A model generated the notes under the pieces. The model did not search any database. It worked only from the letters and a program-made list of their open reading frames with translations, and had not been told where the DNA came from. Made by a program: the position numbers and the translations under genes. A DNA stretch of 64,000 bases, the filler included, from Basidiobolus ranarum (Eukaryota), in NCBI GenBank assembly GCA_040143965.1. It is 11 parts of 11 records of this genome, joined end to end, with 100 filler letters (N's around TTAATTAATTAA, not from the genome) between each part and the next. Parts side by side here need not be neighbours in the genome. Positions count along the whole stretch, not along the records: positions 35,127 to 40,870 come from JASJQH010008386.1; positions 40,971 to 46,710 come from JASJQH010008387.1; 9 more parts are not named here. One strand, given 5' to 3'. Positions 35,127 through 46,810 of the stretch are shown here, in pieces. Position 1 is the stretch's first letter. Each line of letters begins with the position of its first letter.

Positions 35127-36428
35127 TTGAGTCATACTTTCGCTCAACAAGTCCTGTTCTGTGAGCTTTTCTCCAGTTTCAGGATCGCTAGCATCAGACA
35201 TGAGTTGAAGTATATCACGGCGAGATATATCCATCTTTTTACGTTCTCTTTGTGCATTTAATCCAAACTACAGTGTGTATTGTTAGCAGAGGGAAGCGAT
35301 GGTGACGATGGATTGAATTGAAATTGAATCACCTCGCGTATTCTAGTATCAGCATCCTTGCCTCTTTTGAAGATTGAGACTGGTGGCTCCAGATATTTTA
35401 AGATCGGAAACATGATACGCTATGGAAGTAATAAGCAGGGTTATTTTTTACAGATACAAGTGGACGGAGTATAGCACAGCTGAATACCAATGTTACTCTA
35501 GTTTGGGCATCTTTGAGCCAACCAACAATTGGATGATCCTTGTTCTTGATTAACTGAAAAGACTTCCCAAAAGCCAGTTCGCCAACTATATCCTATACCG
35601 AAAAAGAGTCAGCCCAAACACTATCAGTACTGCCCTATGAATGACCTCTTACAAATGCCATATAATGGAACTCCGAGTAGATATTAATAACCTCTCCAGA
35701 CTGGGCAGACTGCTCAAATGTTGCCATTAGAGCATTGACTCCCGATTGCCATACCAAAGGCTCCATACTGCTGAGATAGGTTTGGCTAAACGCGGGAGCA
35801 ATTGTTCGTCTCTGGGGAATGCATGGATTAGTTTAGTGTACCGACATATGATGGTAAATGAATAGCTACCCGTTTCTTATGGAAAGCAACATTTCTGTAA
35901 AATGTGACTAGTTAGTACGCAAGTTTACTTGATGTGGTGATCTTGGATTAAATATGGACGTACGATGTACTGAAACAGCTAGGTCCATTCTCGCTAAATA
36001 TTTTGTAGAACGATGGATCCTTTACGTATTCGCAACTCCCATAGATTTCTCTCATTACCGCTTCATCATTGATGCTAACAGAGTTGGGCGCTGCAAAAGT
36101 TCAAGAATTAATGACAACGTTGCTTCAAGATGTACAATTCGTAAAGGTACCGATTAGAATGACAGGTCCATATTTATCGTGCCATTCCTTTACTTTATCG
36201 TGAGTAGTTCCAACGAAGGTGTAGTAGTAATGGTAGAGGGCGTAAGCTTTGCAAGAATGGGCCCAGGGATTTTGAAGGTCGGGGATCGGATCCGCTCCGA
36301 AAGCTAGCAGTATAAATTAGTATTTGGAATGACGGTGAGCAGCATGCTTAAGGGCTTACCAGGTAGACGACGTAGCATGAGAGTATGAGAGGTAGCCACT
36401 GCTCCAAAAAGTCAAGTGTTGTAGACAT
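35127..36428 (-). pseudogene. Cytochrome P450, multi-exon 5' part with an apparent 1-nt frameshift (3' end cut by contig end)
   Basis: Spliced manually: TM anchor MSTTLDFLEQWLPLILSCYVVYL, IPGPILAKLT, WHDKYGPVILI|APNSVSIND...EIYG, RRTIAPAFS, F|DIVGELAFGKSF, RRDILQLM...DPETGEKLT. The frame breaks at ~36238-36240. Could be an intact gene with an assembly error. Confidence 0.85.
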
Positions 36429-37409
36429 GGTTAATTGGCATCTTGTTAATGCTCGGTGAGCGTATATATACTTTACGATGCTCTTGGCTAGTAGAGTTCA
36501 TCAGCTAACGCATCATGCCAAATCCACTGATTTGGAATGGATCTTCACCTTCTTGAGACAGGTGACACACGAGGAAATACATAGCTGGCATTAATAATCA
36601 CTGTCCTCCGGAGACAATCTAGAGGCCTCCAATTAACTAAGTGGAGGAAAAGCAACAGACAGAAACCTGGTGATTCAGTAACATACGTCTATGACTTGGC
36701 TGCGGTGGCTACGATAAGCATGCTTCAGATATCCCATATCAGCTAATATTATTGAAAAGGCTTTTATTCATTATATTGACTATGACCAAATCAACGACCA
36801 GACTGCGAGGAAGCCAACGCTCCGTTTTTCCGAATTCCTTCCGGATTCCAAAAATCGTTAGAAGCAATCGTTCACAATAAGCGCCATTGTAGCCACCAAA
36901 GCAGTCTTATCATACAGTCACGTTGGTGGACTGAGATATTCGCATTAATGGGATACGGATATTCTGTGTTCTGTGTTCTTGACAGGTATTAAAGCTATGG
37001 GGCGGCGATCTTCAGCTCTACGTGCACTTACGCACTTTTCAAGCTCAGATTAATCTCAAGTTTGTGAGCTATCTGATTGGCCAACTCTTTGGATTGTAAA
37101 TAAGCACGTACATCATGTTTGTAACACCAGAGTGGTATTGGACGGGTCACAAATTCTTCATAATTTTCCCTACAATCCTTGATGAACGGAATTGCGGCCA
37201 TCACAAGACGAGTTAGCAGTGGAGTGGGTTCTTTTTTTGCATCCATGATGTAGCTTATATTCAGTAGTGAACTTGAGGTTTCACCAGGTGTCTTGATGCA
37301 ACATGGACATTCCTTCGATTGAAATTATTGCGCTATTCTGGGGTTATTGATTGATATGAATCAGCGTGGCTATATTTAGCACCGAGTACATATTGGTTAG
37401 AATGGTAGT

Positions 37410-38545
37410 TTATTGAATTCCACTTAAGAATAAAGTATCATATGTAGGTGGATCCAGATTTATAGGGGATAGGACTCTGTCTGGGCTAGACTCCTCGTAT
37501 CTTGGTAAAGTGGTCAGTAGTTGTTGACTGGACCCAGAGGAAATCATGATTGGTACACTGACATACACTGCCTTTGTAGAGTCATTTACTCTGAACTCGA
37601 TCTTACATTTAAGCTTATGCCTTACTTGTATCCACTCAGTTCTACAATCGGAGTGCACCTCACCAAAAGAAGGGATTCCCATTGAGATGACTCCTTCCCA
37701 AGAGTGCCTCTCATCCTCATCTGGACGGAAGGAAGTAATTGAATCACGGGCGACCCAACGAGTTTGTAGTTTATTTCTATTCTTTCCTGGGACTCGATAA
37801 TACGTATATTCCTTCAACAAACAGCTAACCTTTTTGAGCTGAATATCGGAGGACAATTGTAGGACGTGAAGTAAGATATTAATATTTTCGTTGGGACCGA
37901 AAGTCTTGGAAGAGATGTACACTTCGTAAGCCAGTTTATCATTCCAAGTCTCCGCTATGGTTACCGGTTCATGGAAGTTCAGATTGGGGGAGAGAAAACG
38001 TTGAATTGATAATTCCTTTTCAACTTGATAGTTAGTGCAAAAGGTTGGCCTTGTTAGCACCCCCTTAAGCTTATATCGTATTTGGCCATACTCGGTGCAC
38101 ACCGTTTCTGGAAGATTCCCTGGGATACCGATTTCAAATGGGTATTCGTATTCACCAGCTTCTAAAATAGCGGATTTCTTGGTACTCTCGAAGAATTTCC
38201 AGGTATGACTTAGTAAGTTGCGTGTTTCAAGACGTGAGTGATGTTTTAACCCTGGAACTAAGTAAATTTACTTCATTCTAAGTTGGAAAAGCCTTGTGAA
38301 TTATTCGAAATAAAGATTCAAAGTAAAAAGGATTTGCTATCCTCACTCTACTCGAGCTTACCTTCATCCCAGCATACTCTCATCTTTCCTTCGAAGCGGA
38401 GCTCTACTGAGCGTAATTTGATAGATTCACTCAAGTTTAGATAGAGAATGCCTTGCAGCACCGCTCCTGCAGACTCCGTATTGGTTCCATTAAATATGAT
38501 ACTTTCGTTGTTCAGACGTATTTCGAGGACTGGAGTAGGACTCAT
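37410..38545 (-). CDS. Alpha-arrestin (arrestin-related trafficking adaptor, ART/CreD-like)
   Basis: LQG.L.LNL.E.IK...V.LRFEG, GEYEYPFEIGIPGNLPETV, I.YKLK..L.RP.F, W.DKL.Y, I.VRHKLK; C-terminal PY motifs LPRY and PPTY; intron 38258-38361. Confidence 0.9.
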
Positions 38546-40320
38546 GAATTTGGTGTTCAGCAGTAAAAGTGTAAGGGGAAGGGATGAGAGGAGAGGAGAT
38601 GTCAAGCGAAGGGAAGGATAACGTGGCCAGGGTGCTAATCACCAGGAAGAGCAAGAACAAATTGGTTAACGAAAGCCAAGGATGGGTTCTGAATATAAAG
38701 AGATATGAAAGGAAAGCCACACAGAAAAATGACCAAAACGTGTTAAAATAGAGATCACTTTCAGTTGTGTAACCAAATGAAAAACATTCAGTCAAGATTG
38801 GAAAGAAACCGACGAAATTGGATTTGTATGATCGTTCCTTTTCAGGACCACACTTTTATCCTTTTAGCGAAAGAAAGCAAGGAACATAGCCAGCTACACC
38901 CCATTGCTAGGTGGATAATTCAAGTGGGCGTGTTCCACCTTTCGGACTCCTTAAACCTTACATATTTCGCTCTCTCCTGCCTCGTTACCTGCATGGTTTA
39001 TCCAATCCTTACAAATGAGCATGTTTGGTCTTAATTAATCGAAGGAATGCATGTCGACTCAATAGGAGTCCATTGCATGAACTAGCAATCTAGGTAGATT
39101 CAGATTCATTAATGAGTCTGGCTGAGTGAATGAGTGGCAAGTCAAGCATTTAATTTGCGAAACATAGACCTGAGAAATGTTGAGCTGGCTTTCACTTGCC
39201 ACATCTGAGTACAGGCTGTGTTGAGGCACTGTGTACTTTTTAGTCTTAGTTTAAATGGTATACATATTGAATCGGCCAATCACGGTCGACAGAATATTCA
39301 ACGAAAGGGGATATGCATCCGAGGCAACATTCTCTCAAGATCCTAATTGCTGTATATCTTCACCGATACCCAAAGACTGACCAATCACTCATGGGGTGAT
39401 TGACTTGGGCAGTTCAACTTCCATGTGACATGCAGGAAACGGCTCTACGCTTGTGGTGTAAGCAGGTACATCCATCATCACCAACACTCACCATTATGGC
39501 CACAATAACAGTGTTGAAACTCTCGAATGCAAGTGAGAAGCATACTACAACTCCATTGCTGCAAGGTGGTGAGATCTGAATCACTTGGAAGTCACTTGTT
39601 GCACGCACTAGCCTATTAAGATAGGAATGTAAAAGAGATTCTCAACCCAGGCATAACACCATGTTGGTGGATAAGCCGCAAGTGGCAAACAACTCAGTAG
39701 GTAGCGAATTAAGATACCATAGTCTATACTGGAGGTGTACTTTCGCATCCCTACCGAGGAACTCCATATGGATAGAGTAGGTGGTTAGATTGTATCACTT
39801 GCTATATATATAATAATCTCTGTGTCAGCCATCTGCCAAAGCACGAATAGATTCAGGTAATATAAATGGATAATGGCGTGATTCTAGTATGTGGCTGTAG
39901 TTTGCTCTTTTTCATCACCAATGTAATATCCTAACCCTAACATACATTCCCGGCAACCCATTAATTAATATTGACATTGGTGATGCTAAATCTGGTATCC
40001 CAACTAATCTCCCTCTTTGTTTGATCATTACTAACACAGATGGTAACCTAAACCCAAATTATTGGTATTAATCGGATGGGCTTCATAGTTTTGGATAGCT
40101 TTGTCAGATTTCATTCATTATCAGCAGGTAACTCAATGAAATTCAACTACTTTCATCTACAATCCTGATGATTCCCCAACCCTAATTCTATTTCATCGAA
40201 CTGGTTATTTCTACTTCAGGTAGGTTGAATGAGCCAGACACTAAAGTCTTAACCCTAACCCTCAATTTTGCCAAATTGACTATCCAAATAATATGCATAG
40301 AGTATATGAATAATTGTTAA

Positions 40321-40870
40321 GGTACTTTGGGGTTTGGTTGGAAGCGGTTTGGAGAACTAAATGATTTGATGGTTTTCACTTATTGTTTTATTGAGTAGCA
40401 TGTTGACATTGGTAGTTTTATCAAGAGGTAAACAAATAAACATATAGGATGCATCAAGAAACACCCCAGGAATAAGTATACAAAGTGTGGGCAAGTTTGA
40501 AAAATCTCTATATCTATACATCATAAGTCAGTAAAAGTATTCCAAGTAAATTCCTCTTGAGAATAGTCAGTGATATATTAGTTCAATATGGAATAACTAA
40601 ATAATAAGCTATATATGTTAAAGTATTTGGGAGCCTGTTGGAAGTGGCTTGGAGAATTAGAAGAATTGGTGGTCTTCACTTATTGATTTATTGAGTAGAA
40701 AGTTGACATTTATAGTTTTGTCAAGATGTAAACAAACTAACATGTAGAATATGTTAAGAAAGGTCCCAGGAACATGTGTGCAAAGTTTGGGGCTTCTAGC
40801 ACAAGTTTGAAAAATCTATATATCTGAGAGCTTCTAAGTTGGTAAAAATATTCTAAGTAAATTCCGATTG
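40321..40870 (+). repeat. Two tandem copies (period ~300 bp) of the dispersed repeat unit
   Basis: 40321-40620 and 40621-40870 begin GTACTTTGGGG / GTATTTGGGAG..GTTGGAAG.GG.TTGGAGAA and share internal blocks; the second copy runs into the contig end. Confidence 0.85.
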
Positions 40871-40970
40871 NNNNNNNNNNNNNNNNNNNNNNNNNNNNNN
40901 NNNNNNNNNNNNNNTTAATTAATTAANNNNNNNNNNNNNNNNNNNNNNNNNNNNNNNNNNNNNNNNNNNN
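40871..40970. other. Artificial contig linker
   Basis: N44-TTAATTAATTAA-N44. Confidence 0.99.
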
Positions 40971-42968
40971 TAATATAAGATTAAATATTCCTTGATTAAT
41001 ATCGATAATATAAGAGGAAGAGCATCACCAAGAGCTGTAAATAAAAAATGAATACATTATTTAATTGAATACCTATATATTGAATTTAGTGAATGCATGG
41101 AAAATATTTCTAACTTGAAACTACTTGCTATGGATCCGATTCAATATTACAAAACTTATACCCTTATCCTATAAAAATATCTACTGTCGTTTGCGTAAAA
41201 GAACACTAGATTAGCCTTACCCAGCTACTCTCTAGTGTTATAATCTCATGTACTAGAACCACGATTAGTAGCATCTGACTCCAGCTAGCATCATTAAAAT
41301 CATATGCATTACCATAACCCTGGTTTTGATTTATTGAACACTAAATCATTAAGAATACGATTGAAAAAGTAACATGTCATAAATTTAATGATGCTTCAAA
41401 CTTTTTGAACTTTCCAATATCCAACTATGTGCAACTTCTGGAAATGAAGCTATTTAGACTAATTATAAGCTCTAAAGCTGTAAGTATAGTGTTGCTGCAT
41501 ATATGGATATTCAATAATGTATTAATAGAAGCCATTACTGCTTATATTTTATGAGCATCGGACTTCTTTTGTACAACAGCGAATAGCAAACACTTATATG
41601 AAATTTGCATAGAGATCCTGGCCACATTGATTCTTGATTTGAGAGACAGGTTAACGACACTGTTTTCCTGGCACCCAAGGGTAGAGTATATACATTCAAG
41701 AACTATACATAAAACATGTAAATCCATGAAGAGATGCTTATTATAGAATATCACAATTTGCAAGCCATGTGATGATGCCTATGGGGTGGTGCCCACAATT
41801 TAAAGTTATAAAACAACTCTTCAACAATATCAATAAGCGTATTTTGCCAAATAAAAATAGAAAAAATAAATACCATTCAATCTTCAGTGTAGTAACTGCT
41901 AAGGCTACTGCTACTACTACCTACGCTAACTCCAGCGGATTTTTTCCCCTAGTAACGAGATTTCTTTCCTGATCTCAATACTCAGCAACATATGTATATC
42001 AAGATATATCAATCACTCATTTTGTATACGCGAAATTATGAATAGGGATGTTTGATACTAGTTACTTGAAATTAGGGTTATGCTTCAACTACACTTCAAT
42101 ATGCTAATTATTACGGCTATAGAAGTATGAGCTTGGATACGTCATGTAATGTGACTAGATTATCCATCCCTTGACTCGGCAAAAACTATTTTAGTTACAT
42201 TATCTTATGTAGATTGGTTCAAAGAAAGGTCGAGTACAGCCAATCTATATCTTCAAGTTATACAATAACTTACGGCTTAAATCCTTGGTAGCGCGAGGGA
42301 AAGTGGCGTACGTGTTATTCGTACACCTCATCCCTTATCACAACAACTTGATTACTAATCTGGCAGTAGGATCATTTACAACATAATAGCCAGAGCTGGT
42401 TTATTACCAAGAGAGCGTTTGTAATACATTAGTTGAATGAAAAATAGTAATTTTGTAGTATTTATACATTTGTAGTATCTATAGATCACCATTATGATGT
42501 AGATGTTGTAGAATTGATTCTTGGAAGGAGCTTGGCTGCAGAACAGAACATCTGTATTCTAGCTTCATGGTGGACCAGCAGAGAGCGCATATTAAGGTCT
42601 TGTCAAGCACACTCTCCTCGTTCGACATGTTGTTTTCAATTGTCAGTGATGATAATAATAGAACCCAAAGAGGAATTGTGACAGCGTTATTATTACAGTA
42701 TTGATGATGATTGGTAGCACACTATCCAGAGCTGAATTTGCACAACTCTAATCCGGGTATAGTTTATTGACTATCGAGGTTTGTTTTTGAGATCTGACAC
42801 ACTTGTTAGAATGTACGCTTATCAATCACGTATGGGAGAATCTACTCCGAAAAACCTTTTCCAACAACTAATAGCGTGACTGCGCACCCTTCCATCCACG
42901 AGATGATTTTAGCCTAGAAAGTTGCTCAATGCAGTTACACATAAATAATCGTACTGCGGAGTTGTATA

Positions 42969-43086
42969 TTTCAATTCGACTATTTCTTATTCTTCAGTTT
43001 ATGCATTTACCTTCTCACGAAACCGTCTTTCAATTCGACTATTTCTTATTGTTCAGTTTGTGCATTTACCTTCTCACGAAACCGTC
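42969..43086 (+). repeat. 59-bp tandem duplication (2 copies, 2 mismatches)
   Basis: TTTCAATTCGACTATTTCTTATT.TTCAGTTT.TGCATTTACCTTCTCACGAAACCGTC at 42969 and 43028. Confidence 0.95.
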
Positions 43087-43090
43087 TATG

Positions 43091-43231
43091 ATTGGCATTA
43101 ATGGACTTAGAGCGTTAGAAATACAGCGCACCTACATCTCCGCCTTTCTAGATCGTATATTTCGCAAAACCAATAATCCCATCTTACAACGCCCGGATAG
43201 CAGATTTCCCGAAATTATGTTTGAAAACTAG
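43091..43231 (+). pseudogene. 3' remnant of a paralog of the downstream PAF-AH-like hydrolase
   Basis: INGLRALEIQRTYISAFLDRIFRKTNNPILQRPDSRFPEIMFEN* is nearly identical to the C-terminus encoded at ~45085-45225. Confidence 0.9.
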
Positions 43232-44100
43232 GACCAAGTATTATTGGATTAACTAACTACTTTTCTAGTCAATCAATCTTTGTCTGTAATATGTCAGTTG
43301 ATATCCAATTTCATCTAAACGGCCTTGAAATAACCAATAAACTCTATTGATCGATGATGATATATATTGTATAGCACATAACTTGACAGGTTATTCAACC
43401 GATGATTGTTGGTATATGAATTCATTACAAGGGATCTCAGCGTTATTAGCTCTGGATTTGAGCTTATACGTGTATCCTGATGGTTTAAGATATAACCGTA
43501 TTCCGCTTGTTTCTCTAACTACGATTCAGTAAGGTCAGCTCTAGTCTAAACAATCGTAAACTGTTTCTTTAAAGAAGGTGCACTCTAGTGTGTATATATA
43601 CTCTTTATAGTTGAATCCGGTGGAACACTCATGCGAATATTACCATGTATATCGCTTCAATGAAGGTCTAAGAAAGCTAGAAAAATATGACTCATTCACA
43701 TTATGAAGTTAAGAGGTTCGAAAGTAACTCCTGGCTTGAATTTACGGTAGCACAAGGGAAAATGGTATACGTAAAGGTCATGGATCAACAAGGGAAAGTG
43801 GCATACGTAAAGGTCATGCATCACAATACCAGTCACACAAGAGTTAAAATTAGTTGTAACACGACATATCGACAGTAAAAAAATTGAAGCTAGGCTACCT
43901 AGGTCCCACTGATTGATAGGAAAATGCTTAGAATATTCTGACCGATACAGAATACCTGCCTGGGTTATATAATATATTCATAGAAGCGGAAATCCTATGT
44001 TCAGCCCAAACGACTACGCGTGTTGATGCAATCCATACTACTTTTCTCGAACCTATATATAGTGTCGACATGATTCAGTAGTTATCATTACCTAAATCCA

Positions 44101-45225
44101 ATGATGAACATTAAAGTCTTAACTGCGATAGCTTTGTATACTGCCTCCATTACCTTAATTCATGGTGCCTCTTCAAAGGTCACCCTGCCTTCTCTGTCAG
44201 GAAAGTTCAAAGTTGGGACTGTCAAGATGCATTTAATTGATAATAGTCGAGTTGATCCATACGCACTCGATTCACGAAAACGCGCCTTAATGGTTCAACT
44301 ATTCTATCCTACAAAGAATACCGACCGTTGCCCTGTTTCGCCATACATGCCCACAGTAACTGGTCAATTTGAGAGTCAGCTTTATGGATTACCCAATAAT
44401 ACACTAGAGTCCATTCAAACTTGGGCCCATCTAGGCGCCCCTATTGCTCATTCCAATCCACCCATTGTGCTATTTTCACCTGGCTTAGGAGTGACTCGCT
44501 ACCTGTACACAGCGTTGTTATCTGATCTCGCAAGTCGCGGGTATCTCGTAGCCGCCATTGATCACCCATATGATGCGGATATTGTGGAGTTCCCTAATGG
44601 AGAACTGGTAACAGGGACTATCCGAGGAGATATGACTCCCGAAGAAGCTAGCAATGCAGTGGATGTTCGTGCTCAGGACGTCAGTTTCATATTGGATCAA
44701 CTGAAAAGCTTGGAAATCAAGAAGCAGGTCCCAGCTTTATCCAAGAAGTTAGATGTTCGCCGGGTCGTTATGTTTGGTCATTCCTTTGGTGGTGCAGCAG
44801 CTGCAACTTCCATGTTGAAAGATACCCGTATTGTGGCAGGTGCAGATCTTGATGGTTCCCTATGGGGCTCTGTGGTAGATAAAGGCTTGGACCGACCATT
44901 TCTCCTAATGGGCCCTACTCAAAGTAATCTGAGTTCAGACCCCAGTTGGGCAAAGATTTGGCCAAACTTACGTTCTTGGCGACTACTACTTAAACTTGCT
45001 GACTCGGAACATCTCACATTTTCAGATTTGCCAGTTTTAGTTAACATATTGAACTTGACAAATCCTGCACTAGACCCATTAATAGGCAGCATTAATGGAC
45101 TTAAAGTGTTGGAAATACAGCGCACCTACATCTCCGCCTTTCTAGATCGCATATTTCGTGAAACCGATAATCCTATCTTACAACGCCCAGATAGCAGATT
45201 TCCCGAGATCACATTAGAAAATTAA
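44101..45225 (+). CDS. Secreted PAF-acetylhydrolase-like alpha/beta hydrolase (intronless, 374 aa)
   Basis: Signal peptide; LP...G...VG...HL.D.SR.DP, R.LMVQLFYP, FSPGLG, LASRGY.V.AIDHPYDA, nucleophile GHSFGG, DLDG, H.TFSD. Confidence 0.92.
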   Translation: MMNIKVLTAIALYTASITLIHGASSKVTLPSLSGKFKVGTVKMHLIDNSRVDPYALDSRKRALMVQLFYPTKNTDRCPVSPYMPTVTGQFESQLYGLPNNTLESIQTWAHLGAPIAHSNPPIVLFSPGLGVTRYLYTALLSDLASRGYLVAAIDHPYDADIVEFPNGELVTGTIRGDMTPEEASNAVDVRAQDVSFILDQLKSLEIKKQVPALSKKLDVRRVVMFGHSFGGAAAATSMLKDTRIVAGADLDGSLWGSVVDKGLDRPFLLMGPTQSNLSSDPSWAKIWPNLRSWRLLLKLADSEHLTFSDLPVLVNILNLTNPALDPLIGSINGLKVLEIQRTYISAFLDRIFRETDNPILQRPDSRFPEITLEN

Positions 45226-45619
45226 TCAGGAAACATAAATAAATTCTCTATCTTTTACAGGGATTATTTAATAAAAAGTGAAATACCATACATTCTTTTG
45301 TACACTAGTGCTGATAACTAGATTCACTTTTTTGAATGTACAATTACAATTTTTTCTCTGAAACTATATTTATATGTACATCGCTGTCTCTAAAATTAAC
45401 GCGTTGTCACTGTTTGTAATCATTCATTGAGTGAATTAGGTTCAAACTGAATGCCAGTCAGAATAAATATTGCTTTTACCCAGTGCTCCTCTGTAAGTCC
45501 TACTTACATTGACTAGCCCTCTTCCATACCCTTTACATACCTTCGCAGGACATCATAGCTTCCAAGCTCTCATTTCTAAGATAAGGTTGAGATACCCATT
45601 TTAATGTGTTTTAGTGAGG

Positions 45620-46410
45620 AGAAACAATTACAATACCACATTCTATATAGTAGGGTAGTGCCAATTTTTTTCTGGATAGCAAGACAAAGGCTGCTAAACT
45701 GGATTTGAAGCAAAGAGATAAGCAACTTAAAAGAGCACATAATAAACGTAAATCGGTAATGGTAAGCTTGATAAAACATGAAATATAATGTGTCCAGTGA
45801 TGAAAACTCATTTACATTAAAAAGCACACCTGACTCCATTCCTTGGAAGCAAACAATGTACCACAAGAAGTTCAACTAGCTCTTATCCTATCAGGTCCAA
45901 GATTGCACTCTGCGTAAATGAATATTTAGCTCAAGTATAGTACAAACAAAGTTCTCCCACTGTGGACTTTAGGCTAGTTAAATCAACACCACTCAATGTA
46001 TATGTCATCAAGGTGTTATATATCATTAATCAAACAGAAGTAATGCTTCAATGTTTTTTTCTAAGTTGAAAAATGTACTACGATTCTAAATTACTTATTG
46101 GCCACTGGTTCTTGAGTATGCAAAGCTGATGTCAGTACTAGATAGATATATAAAAGTGTTCAGTGTACTGGAATTGGTTTTGATGTGGCAGACCAGCCTT
46201 ATATTGTCTAACATTGAATGAATTTGAAAAGACACTCAGCCTCGCTAACACAAAAAGAAAAGCAAATATTATATTCTTGGACATAAAGACCGGTACAGTA
46301 TATCTAAAATGGAATTACACTTGTGAGTATGATTCGCCCAAACACACTATCAATATTCCCATGTGGCTGCCCCAATTCCTCCGCAAGTAATTAGTCTGCA
46401 ACAATGCCAT
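45620..46410 (+). mobile_element. Possible Tc1/mariner transposase relic
   Basis: Fragmentary translations FLDSKTKAAKLDL, SSDENSFTL (SDE motif) and MWLPNSS (compare WPPNSPDLNPIE) occur in the expected order; highly degenerate and CpG-poor. Confidence 0.4.
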
Positions 46411-46710
46411 ATTTAGTAAAGGTTATGATCAGCAATAAGTATAGTGCAGGGTCAATCACTGCTTTCCTCAATTCCCATATATCTGTGATCATAAATAGTG
46501 AAATGCCAGCCAAACTATAAGTGGTTCTGAGTTGATACTTAAGAAAGTACCCTATTGCTATTGAAAGATATTTTTATATGCTGACATTTTCTTCCAAGAA
46601 TTGCAAGTGAAATCAGAATAGAAGCAAGCATCTCAAGTATAGATCTTGAAGTGTTTAAGCCAAATACAGTAAAAGTAAATATGAAATTGATTAATGCTAA
46701 CCACAACAGC

Positions 46711-46810
46711 NNNNNNNNNNNNNNNNNNNNNNNNNNNNNNNNNNNNNNNNNNNNTTAATTAATTAANNNNNNNNNNNNNNNNNNNNNNNNNNNNNNNNNN
46801 NNNNNNNNNN
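46711..46810. other. Artificial contig linker
   Basis: N44-TTAATTAATTAA-N44. Confidence 0.99.

Noticed and set aside
28160..36428. Secondary-metabolite-like cluster (FAD oxidase, ankyrin protein, P450)
   Set aside because: The genes lie on three different contigs joined artificially.
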